Assembly: GCA_001643675.2 (NCBI GenBank)
Contig: LSRY02000047.1
Coordinates: forward strand, 1-64,000
DNA length: 64,000 bases
Direction: 5' to 3'
From: Monocercomonoides exilis PA203
Lineage: Eukaryota > Protista > Preaxostyla
Part shown: one piece after another, positions 19,507 to 28,585 of the stretch
Layout: the number at the start of each line of letters is the position of its first letter
How positions within the stretch are numbered: the first letter of the stretch is position 1
Notes under the pieces: generated by a model
Databases searched by the model: none
Told to the model about the DNA's origin: nothing
What the model saw: only the letters and a program-made list of their open reading frames with translations
Program-made: the position numbers and the translations under genes

Positions 19507-20745
19507 ATGTCTATTGTGAAGTTTACACCTGGTCAATTAACAACAGGCTTACCTAGAAAATTATTTAATACTTTTATGTCTAGGACTACTCCTCAGACTA
19601 GGGCTAGGATTTTCCATGGTGCTGTAGGGTTAGGTAGAACAGCTTTAGGTTATGTTGCTAATGCTGCTCGTACAGCCTATCGAAATGATAGATTAAATCG
19701 TTCTAGGGTTAGCTTATCTAAAATGATAGGTCAGGGAAGAGTGCAGAATTGGAAACAGATTAAGCAAACTGGAACAGGTAAAAAGATTCATAGGAGAGGA
19801 AGGCGTAGTAGATATAGAATTAGAAGGATAAAAGCTCGTAAGTATCGTATTAGAAAGAGAAAATATTTAGGCTGGCTATATAAGAATAGACCTCCAATTT
19901 ATCAGTCATATCATGGTGGTGAATTTAAATTTAGTCTTTACAATATGGCTGTTTATGTAGGTGATCAAAGTGTAGAAGAGTATCCTTCTGATAGTATATA
20001 TTCATTTAGGGTTACTGGTGAAGTTCCTCCTCAGTTAGAGTCTCCTAAAGTTGATTATATTTTGTATAAGCAACGGTGGGAGTTTATAATTAATATACAA
20101 GCTGGATCTCTTCAGCCTTCTGCTTTTACTCATGCTTATGTTAGAGTATTGGTGTTTAGAAAGTGGGGTAGTGATATAACGAACTCGTTACAAACTAGTT
20201 TATGGTCTATGTTTAAAAATCCTGCTATTATGACTAGTGGTTATGTCACCGGTTTTAGACGTAGGTGGTGCAAAGAATTTGGAGTTCAATTATATCAGGA
20301 TAAATTGCTTAGAATCAGTGATGAGACTAATTGGACAACTGAGTTTAAGTGTAATTTCTATCCTAATATTCATTCAAGATATAACTCTACTTTTGATCAA
20401 GATTATTGGCATTATCAGATATATCTTATAGGTGGTTATGGCCCTGAAGATAAGTTTAATAATTTATGGAATGGTTCTGGTTCTTCGGAGTTGAATGTTA
20501 GTGTTAAATATATTAGACTTAATCAATGGAAGTATGTGTCTGGGATGCCTCTTACTGCTGGTCAGTTGGATGTATTTAAGGTTTCTGGTATCCCAGATAA
20601 AATTCAGAGCAATCAACCTCGAATCGGTGGAGTTGATGTAAATGTGGACAGTGGCGGAGAGGGAAAAGATCTGGCCAGTGAAAGCGGCGCCTCCAGTTCC
20701 GCCCCTGTTCATAACAAATCTTTTAATATTTTGCATGATGATTAA
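19507..20745 (+). CDS. cap: Putative capsid protein, strain B
   Basis: Same protein as 5212-6450. Confidence 0.8.
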   Translation: MSIVKFTPGQLTTGLPRKLFNTFMSRTTPQTRARIFHGAVGLGRTALGYVANAARTAYRNDRLNRSRVSLSKMIGQGRVQNWKQIKQTGTGKKIHRRGRRSRYRIRRIKARKYRIRKRKYLGWLYKNRPPIYQSYHGGEFKFSLYNMAVYVGDQSVEEYPSDSIYSFRVTGEVPPQLESPKVDYILYKQRWEFIINIQAGSLQPSAFTHAYVRVLVFRKWGSDITNSLQTSLWSMFKNPAIMTSGYVTGFRRRWCKEFGVQLYQDKLLRISDETNWTTEFKCNFYPNIHSRYNSTFDQDYWHYQIYLIGGYGPEDKFNNLWNGSGSSELNVSVKYIRLNQWKYVSGMPLTAGQLDVFKVSGIPDKIQSNQPRIGGVDVNVDSGGEGKDLASESGASSSAPVHNKSFNILHDD

Positions 20746-20835
20746 ATTTTTTATAAACATTTCATTTTAAATTAACACGCATGTTATAACTGTACAGAAG
20801 TGACTATATAAAAAATAAAAATGAATTAAAAAGTA

Positions 20836-21792
20836 TTAATTTATTTCTTGTTCTTCGTCATTGTTAGGTTCCGTGTTTTGTGTCTCCAAGAAGTTAGAAG
20901 GTAATGGTGTTTCTTCTGATTCTATGTCAATGATTGTTACTCTTTCTCTGATTTGCATGACGTCTTCATTTCTTAAGGATTTCATTTTGTTTAGCCATTC
21001 GCTTTCTGGTCCGACGATGTCTGTGAAGTATACTACGTCAGCTATGAAAACAGTTGAACCACCCTTTACAGGTACAGTAGGGTTGTACCAAGGATCACAA
21101 AGTTTTAGCCATAGATTGAATGGCAAACCACAATCTGCTCTAAAGTCGTCGAATATAGCTATCTCTTCTCCACTGTAGTTATCTATGAACGAACCTGTTT
21201 GTGGCCAATGGTAAATTCTCATACCGAATAATGTTTGCATTTCTTGAGCTCGTGTTTCAACTAATCTGGTTTTTCCTGTTCTTGCTTTTCCGTGAACCCA
21301 AAATACTTTGCGTGGTTCTTTTCTCATGCCTTGTTTTGTCCATACTTTTAGATAGGATAAATCCTTGATACCTTTTGAATGTAGGATAAATTGATCAGGA
21401 TGCTCTTCAGATATTTCCATTATAGATTTACCTTCAGCTATTTTATCTGCTACTATTTTTAGGTCTGATCTTTTACCCTGAATTGGGCAACTTCCATACT
21501 CCTCAAAATCCCCATCCTTTTTGATGTAGTCAATACATGCTTTTGCTCCTTTTTTAGGAACTTCAATATCTGCTCTTGGACACAGAGCTTTCATAGCATC
21601 GAAAGATCTAGGGTTCTCTAGCTGTATGAACACGTGCAAATGTGGTGTGCCTGTGCTTGGTGCTTTCTCCTTGCCTATTATCATATACTTGCAGCGGACA
21701 TCCAGCAACGCTTGGTACTCTTCCGGTGTGAAATTATTAAGTGTTAAGAAGTATGATCTATGTCTGTTTTGTTTTTGTTGAATTCTCGGCAT
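20836..21792 (-). CDS. rep: Rep, strain B (intact)
   Basis: Same protein as 6541-7497. Confidence 0.95.
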   Translation of the reverse strand: MPRIQQKQNRHRSYFLTLNNFTPEEYQALLDVRCKYMIIGKEKAPSTGTPHLHVFIQLENPRSFDAMKALCPRADIEVPKKGAKACIDYIKKDGDFEEYGSCPIQGKRSDLKIVADKIAEGKSIMEISEEHPDQFILHSKGIKDLSYLKVWTKQGMRKEPRKVFWVHGKARTGKTRLVETRAQEMQTLFGMRIYHWPQTGSFIDNYSGEEIAIFDDFRADCGLPFNLWLKLCDPWYNPTVPVKGGSTVFIADVVYFTDIVGPESEWLNKMKSLRNEDVMQIRERVTIIDIESEETPLPSNFLETQNTEPNNDEEQEIN

Positions 21793-21815
21793 TATATTTT
21801 CTGTTTTATGGGTGA

Positions 21816-21853
21816 CACGGAAGTTGCCCTTAATATTACTGGCAACTTCCGTG
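21816..21853 (+). promoter_or_regulatory. Origin hairpin 8
   Basis: Same stem; TAATATTAC at 21831. Confidence 0.95.
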
Positions 21854-21895
21854 CAACTTCCGTGCTTCCGAAATAATTATGGGTGTGATCGATTT

Positions 21896-22300
21896 ATGGA
21901 AGTGTTAACCGATGAAATGTGGTTTATTGATGTTCCTGTCACTTTGGAAGCATTTGAAGAAGATGTTAGTGAGAATTGGGCACCTCGCTGGACACGTGCT
22001 TGGGGTTTACAAATGAAGAATGCTATGGAATACTTAGATTTATTGCAGCGTGTTAGTGATAAAGCATGGGAGAAATTTGCTAAGCTGCATGATTGGATGG
22101 TGTTTAAGAATCGCAGACGACCTCGAGGATTACGTAAGCAAGGTTCTAAAGATAGGCAATTAGTCGCATGGAGAAAATTGTTATATAAATTTTTGAAGTC
22201 TCATTTTAATAATTATTTAAGGAATCATAATCAGATATTTTATGAATTTCATGGTGCATGGAATAATCCTTATATTTTAAGAGAAATTAATTATTATTAA
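21896..22300 (+). CDS. Viral ORF-X, strain B
   Basis: Same protein as 4741-5145. Confidence 0.75.
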   Translation: MEVLTDEMWFIDVPVTLEAFEEDVSENWAPRWTRAWGLQMKNAMEYLDLLQRVSDKAWEKFAKLHDWMVFKNRRRPRGLRKQGSKDRQLVAWRKLLYKFLKSHFNNYLRNHNQIFYEFHGAWNNPYILREINYY

Positions 22301-22365
22301 CCATAATTTTATTTTATATGTCTTGATTTTGATCATGAAATTCCTTCTTTCCACATCAGTATTTT

Positions 22366-23605
22366 ATGTCTATTGTGAAGTTTACACCTGGTCAATTAAC
22401 AACAGGCTTACCTAGAAAATTATTTAATACTTTTATGTCTAGGACTACTCCTCAGACTAGGGCTAGGATTTTCCATGGTGCTGTAGGGTTAGGTAGAACA
22501 GCTTTAGGTTATGTTGCTAATGCTGCTCGTACAGCCTATCGAAATGATAGATTAAATCGTTCTAGGGTTAGCTTATCTAAAATGATAGGTCAGGGAAGAG
22601 TGCAGAATTGGAAACAGATTAAGCAAACTGGAACAGGTAAAAAAGATTCATAGGAGAGGAAGGCGTAGTAGATATAGAATTAGAAGGATAAAAGCTCGTA
22701 AGTATCGTATTAGAAAGAGAAAATATTTAGGCTGGCTATATAAGAATAGACCTCCAATTTATCAGTCATATCATGGTGGTGAATTTAAATTTAGTCTTTA
22801 CAATATGGCTGTTTATGTAGGTGATCAAAGTGTAGAAGAGTATCCTTCTGATAGTATATATTCATTTAGGGTTACTGGTGAAGTTCCTCCTCAGTTAGAG
22901 TCTCCTAAAGTTGATTATATTTTGTATAAGCAACGGTGGGAGTTTATAATTAATATACAAGCTGGATCTCTTCAGCCTTCTGCTTTTACTCATGCTTATG
23001 TTAGAGTATTGGTGTTTAGAAAGTGGGGTAGTGATATAACGAACTCGTTACAAACTAGTTTATGGTCTATGTTTAAAAATCCTGCTATTATGACTAGTGG
23101 TTATGTCACCGGTTTTAGACGTAGGTGGTGCAAAGAATTTGGAGTTCAATTATATCAGGATAAATTGCTTAGAATCAGTGATGAGACTAATTGGACAACT
23201 GAGTTTAAGTGTAATTTCTATCCTAATATTCATTCAAGATATAACTCTACTTTTGATCAAGATTATTGGCATTATCAGATATATCTTATAGGTGGTTATG
23301 GCCCTGAAGATAAGTTTAATAATTTATGGAATGGTTCTGGTTCTTCGGAGTTGAATGTTAGTGTTAAATATATTAGACTTAATCAATGGAAGTATGTGTC
23401 TGGGATGCCTCTTACTGCTGGTCAGTTGGATGTATTTAAGGTTTCTGGTATCCCAGATAAAATTCAGAGCAATCAACCTCGAATCGGTGGAGTTGATGTA
23501 AATGTGGACAGTGGCGGAGAGGGAAAAGATCTGGCCAGTGAAAGCGGCGCCTCCAGTTCCGCCCCTGTTCATAACAAATCTTTTAATATTTTGCATGATG
23601 ATTAA
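22366..23605 (+). pseudogene. cap: Capsid, strain B, with a +1 insertion in an A-run (possibly a sequencing error)
   Basis: GGTAAAAAG>GGTAAAAAAG near 22640 gives GKKDS-stop; the rest matches strain-B Cap. Confidence 0.65.
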
Positions 23606-23695
23606 ATTTTTTATAAACATTTCATTTTAAATTAACACGCATGTTATAACTGTACAGAAGTGACTATATAAAAAATAAAAATGAATTAAAAAGTA

Positions 23696-24652
23696 TTAAT
23701 TTATTTCTTGTTCTTCGTCATTGTTAGGTTCCGTGTTTTGTGTCTCCAAGAAGTTAGAAGGTAATGGTGTTTCTTCTGATTCTATGTCAATGATTGTTAC
23801 TCTTTCTCTGATTTGCATGACGTCTTCATTTCTTAAGGATTTCATTTTGTTTAGCCATTCGCTTTCTGGTCCGACGATGTCTGTGAAGTATACTACGTCA
23901 GCTATGAAAACAGTTGAACCACCCTTTACAGGTACAGTAGGGTTGTACCAAGGATCACAAAGTTTTAGCCATAGATTGAATGGCAAACCACAATCTGCTC
24001 TAAAGTCGTCGAATATAGCTATCTCTTCTCCACTGTAGTTATCTATGAACGAACCTGTTTGTGGCCAATGGTAAATTCTCATACCGAATAATGTTTGCAT
24101 TTCTTGAGCTCGTGTTTCAACTAATCTGGTTTTTCCTGTTCTTGCTTTTCCGTGAACCCAAAATACTTTGCGTGGTTCTTTTCTCATGCCTTGTTTTGTC
24201 CATACTTTTAGATAGGATAAATCCTTGATACCTTTTGAATGTAGGATAAATTGATCAGGATGCTCTTCAGATATTTCCATTATAGATTTACCTTCAGCTA
24301 TTTTATCTGCTACTATTTTTAGGTCTGATCTTTTACCCTGAATTGGGCAACTTCCATACTCCTCAAAATCCCCATCCTTTTTGATGTAGTCAATACATGC
24401 TTTTGCTCCTTTTTTAGGAACTTCAATATCTGCTCTTGGACACAGAGCTTTCATAGCATCGAAAGATCTAGGGTTCTCTAGCTGTATGAACACGTGCAAA
24501 TGTGGTGTGCCTGTGCTTGGTGCTTTCTCCTTGCCTATTATCATATACTTGCAGCGGACATCCAGCAACGCTTGGTACTCTTCCGGTGTGAAATTATTAA
24601 GTGTTAAGAAGTATGATCTATGTCTGTTTTGTTTTTGTTGAATTCTCGGCAT
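23696..24652 (-). CDS. rep: Rep, strain B (intact)
   Basis: Same protein as 6541-7497. Confidence 0.95.
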   Translation of the reverse strand: MPRIQQKQNRHRSYFLTLNNFTPEEYQALLDVRCKYMIIGKEKAPSTGTPHLHVFIQLENPRSFDAMKALCPRADIEVPKKGAKACIDYIKKDGDFEEYGSCPIQGKRSDLKIVADKIAEGKSIMEISEEHPDQFILHSKGIKDLSYLKVWTKQGMRKEPRKVFWVHGKARTGKTRLVETRAQEMQTLFGMRIYHWPQTGSFIDNYSGEEIAIFDDFRADCGLPFNLWLKLCDPWYNPTVPVKGGSTVFIADVVYFTDIVGPESEWLNKMKSLRNEDVMQIRERVTIIDIESEETPLPSNFLETQNTEPNNDEEQEIN

Positions 24653-24675
24653 TATATTTTCTGTTTTATGGGTGA

Positions 24676-24713
24676 CACGGAAGTTGCCCTTAATATTACT
24701 GGCAACTTCCGTG
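24676..24713 (+). promoter_or_regulatory. Origin hairpin 9 (innermost)
   Basis: Same stem; TAATATTAC at 24691; identity to strain B ends ~11 nt after the stem. Confidence 0.95.
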
Positions 24714-24827
24714 CAACTTCCGTGTTCCCGAAAAATTATGGGAAAAAGTTAGGATATTCTTAAAGATGAAAGTTGTTTATTAGTATTTTCCTGGTAATTG
24801 TTCAGACTTTCGATTTGTGCTCTGGAT

Positions 24828-24829
<2 letters not shown>

Positions 24830-24862
<33 letters not shown>

Positions 24863-24888
24863 AGAAAGAGAGAGAGAGAGAGAGAAAG
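24830..24888. repeat. Poly(T) run (~32 nt) followed by (GA)n at the virus/host boundary
   Basis: Direct reading. Confidence 0.9.
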
Positions 24889-27061
24889 TTTGATCCTTTA
24901 TTTTTTGTTTGAAAAGATGCGCAAATGATTTGAACTATTACGAAGCTTTTGATTTGCACTTAAATTGAAGCTGTAATTAAAAAAAAAATGAATCCCATAA
25001 TTACGCGCATCTGATATTATTAATGATCAACATTTTCCATAATAAATTTTTGAATGTTTGAAAATTTTTATTTGTTATCAATTGATCAAATTGTTAAGTA
25101 TTTTATAGAAAAAATTTTCTTTGATATTATTTTCTTATTTGAGTTGAAAACCATTTTTATATCCATGTTTTTGACTTATTCAACATCATGATAAATATAC
25201 AATATTTAATATTCATCTTATACACATCTTTTTCCATGTTTTCAGTAATTCTTAAGATACGCATTGTTTCCATTTCCTTAATGCTAAATAAAAAGAAACT
25301 TTTGAAATTCATATAAATTTTCGAGTTTTCACTCATTCGCAAATATTGAATAACTTTAATGTTTTTTCTGTTGCATTTGATTCCTTTTCATTTCAGCCCG
25401 TTTATTCTGAGTATGATTATTCATTCGTCTTTTTCAAAAGCCTTGCAGCTATTTCATGATATATACATCGTAAAGCTCATTAATAAAAAACTCTGAAACT
25501 GTGCAATGCCGACAATCTAAAAAACGATCAACTGATATCACTCTTTCCTTTTGTTGGAAAAGAAACACAAATTTGCAATTTGAGGAAGGCCAAAGGATGT
25601 CGCAAGAATTTTCACCGAGGACTGATAAAATGAGGAAGAAGAAGAAGCCAGATACGTATTATTTACAAAAGCCCTGCAAATATACTTGAAACCGATTATG
25701 CTGATGAAATAACCCACTCTGTGCATCCATCAGAATAAATAAAACAAAAATTTGCAAGTCTTGTGGACGCGATTATGATCTGTTGTATTATTGCAAAATA
25801 CATCAGAAGGAAAAACGACAGTTGTGTTTGAAAGTTGGATCATGTTGAGATCCAATGAAAAAGCGTATGTTCCATCAAAATTCAGACACTAAAAGGAATA
25901 TTGCTTTTTTTTAAGGAAATGCTTCGATACATGAAGTAAAGCAGTTGAAAAAATGAGTGAATTAATATTTTTTTCATCTCAATACGTATAATATCAGCAT
26001 GTGTTCATTGAAACTGAAAAAAGTTTCCTTTGAATGCGTCAAGGAAATCCAATAGAAGAGAAAGAATCTCCGGAACATTGAAAAATGCACTTGTCCCTTT
26101 CATCAAATTAAAAAAGCAACAGCCAATTTCTTGTGTAATTCCTTCCATTAGAATTGCTTCTTTGTTTTGCTCTGAACAAAAAGAAAATATTTGCTAATGG
26201 CTTCCTGCCTTCATCAAAAAACAATTGGAATTCTTGATATATTCCTCTTCCTGGTACTCCTCAACTGAATCAAATGGTTTTTACTGGACACAATTTTTCA
26301 CTCATCCAAAGAAAAAAAGCAACCATCGGTAATTATTTGATTCATCATTTCGAATCGTAGTATTATTTGTGATGGATCTGGCTTTAATTGTTGCTCAATA
26401 AATAATGCACTTCTTCGTATCAAAAGAAGAATTTACTGTTAAAGCAATTAAAATGTTGTACGCTCCATTTGAATCATATTTTCTTCGTATGCTAAATGGA
26501 GATAGGCTCATTGTTTCACTTTATTATTGGTAAATAAAAAAGAATTGAAAATTTTCTTATTCAAAAGCATTCCGGAGAGTCATCTTGAGATGATTATAGT
26601 AGTTCGTAAAATAAGGAGAACTGGTGATGATCCAACGTTCTTATTTTCTGATAGAATCTTTTGTTTCCTAAAAAACAAAAAATATCTCCTACTCACGCAG
26701 TTTGCTGTTTCCCTTTTCTCTTCAGTCAAGATCCACTTCTTCATTTGCAATTTATTCGATTCCATAATCAATTGAATGATATATAAAGAGAAAAAGGATT
26801 TTGAAAAAATAAATCCACTTCAAATAAACTGTTGGTTTGATCAAAAAGAAATGAAATATTTCCATTTTTGATTTAATTCAATCAAATGCAGTGATTTCAC
26901 AGCAATTTATTTTGCACTTCTTTTTATTTAGCCAAAACAAAACAGTTTGTATTGCATTCCAAAACCTTTAACAATATAATAAACTATATTTTTATTACTG
27001 TTTTATTTTGTTGCTTGTCGTACTTTACCCCTCTTTTTGAACATTTTTTGCAACAAGCAGA

Positions 27062-27550
27062 ATGAGTTTGCCAAATAATGATAAGTATGAAGTATGAATG
27101 CAAATGATGACCAAAACGGAGAAGTTTTTAAGTTTGCTCATTAATTTGGATTGAACAATTTTGAACAAAAAAAAATTTTTTTTTAATGCCTTTTGCAGAA
27201 TTTTTCTGTGAAGCGAAATGTTGTAGAGAAATGAACAAAAGCAGAAAATCGAAGAAATGAATAGATTAATTGGTAATATGAATGGAAAAGAATTCAGATC
27301 TGTCTTCGCTTCAAAGTCTTTTGATAAAATTAACTTTCAAATGACTTCAAAATACCTGATTCAATAAGTTGTTTCAATTTATTGAAATGATATGATCGAA
27401 CTTGATGAAGAAAGAAAATGATTTGATATCAAGATTTGCTGAGACAATGTTGGAAAACCAGAAAATTGAAGGGAGACGAGAAAGAGAAGAAGATGATGTG
27501 AAAGATGACAAAAAGTTAAAAGAAAACAATGAATCTTCGATTCGAGGTTG
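27062..27550 (+). pseudogene. Degenerate, internally deleted fragment of an expanded Monocercomonoides-type uncharacterised protein family
   Basis: Residual frame EQKQKIEEMNRLIGNMNGKEFRSVFASKSFDKIN (~27233-27334) resembles, from memory, the N-terminus of that family; surrounded by stops and frameshifts; not verified by search. Confidence 0.45.
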
Positions 27551-28585
27551 TTAGTTTGCCAAAACAATTAACTTTAAAAATAATTACCTCATTTATTGTT
27601 AGAATGCACCTTTGTATTTTGCGATGGTAAATGTCACATTCAAAACGTTAGAAATAAAAGAATAAGTTCAGCCAATGTATTAAAATGAAAAATTGAATAA
27701 GTTGCATATGATAGTTATTCGGTTCAAAGCCAATTATCGAATGACAATCAGATGAACACTCAAGGTCAATACACTAAATTCATTTTTTTTTTTTCTTTTT
27801 TCCAATAAAAATGTTGTTATATTTACAAATTAAATAATTTGGAGACTTTTTTATCTCATTGAAAAGTGAACTGACAACATTCTTTAAAAATTTCAAGAAT
27901 ATTAAAAGTCAAAAGTACCAAAAACAAATGAGGCTTGAGTTTATGATAAGTTGAAAAAAAATGAAAGCTAACTTCATAAAAGAATATGCATAGAACATAA
28001 AACGCAAAATGATTTACAATTCTTGAAAATAACTTTAATTAAATGTGGTTCGTTTGAAATGCTTTTGTACAACAAAAGAACATTAAAAGGATAATAAGTA
28101 TAACTTCTTAAAAATTTTCATTCATTTCTCAAAGCAAGCATAATAAAAAATTAGTTCAGATTAATAAACTTTATTCCTTTTCCAAGAAATACATGAAATA
28201 AAAATTTTAAAAATTTATAGCGAACAAAATACATTGGAGTTATAAATAATGATATACAAATTTAAAAATTATCAATTACTAAAACTCAAATTAACAAAAC
28301 AAGGAAAGATCTATAAAAATGCACAAAAACGTAAATGTTTGCGTTTTGCGTAGAGGCCTTATATGATATATAATGATATATAAAAAATTGAATGAATAAT
28401 GAGCGAATAAAAGACAAATCAAATTATTCAAAAAAAAAATATTATTTTTTTAACTTTCAAAATTGAAAATAAATAGTCATGCAACTCCTTGCAGCCAGAA
28501 AAAATAAAATAAAATAAAATAAAAATAAGGGTCATGAGTGAAGAAGACTTTATAAATAAAAAAAGATGCTCAGAACATATCTCCT

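Larger units (their letters stand above)
1441..24800. mobile_element. Subtelomeric tandem array of endogenous CRESS DNA virus genomes (8 origin-to-origin units of 2858-2862 bp plus partial flanks)
   Basis: TAATATTAC nonanucleotides start at 1814, 4676, 7536, 10394, 13254, 16113, 18971, 21831 and 24691; each interval holds ORF-X(+), Cap(+) and Rep(-) in ambisense layout. Confidence 0.95.

Noticed and set aside
9401-23605. Frameshifts in three Rep copies and one Cap copy as true inactivation or programmed frameshifting
   Set aside because: All are 1-nt changes in homopolymer runs, typical of long-read error in unpolished repeats; they cannot be judged without reads
1441-24800. CRISPR array, plasmid multimer or Helitron interpretation of the repeats
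   Set aside because: Units are 2.86 kb genomes with an SF3 (not PIF1) helicase, a capsid-like ORF and a nonanucleotide origin; there is no repeat-spacer structure
24830-24861. Poly(T) at the inner junction as a retrotransposition poly(A) tail
   Set aside because: Wrong orientation for a tail on the adjacent viral sequence, no target-site duplication, and homopolymers are common in this host
25741-25850. Cys/His-rich frame (CKSC...YYCKIH...LC) suggesting a zinc-finger or transposase remnant
   Set aside because: Short, bounded by stops, with no supporting domain or terminal repeats recognised
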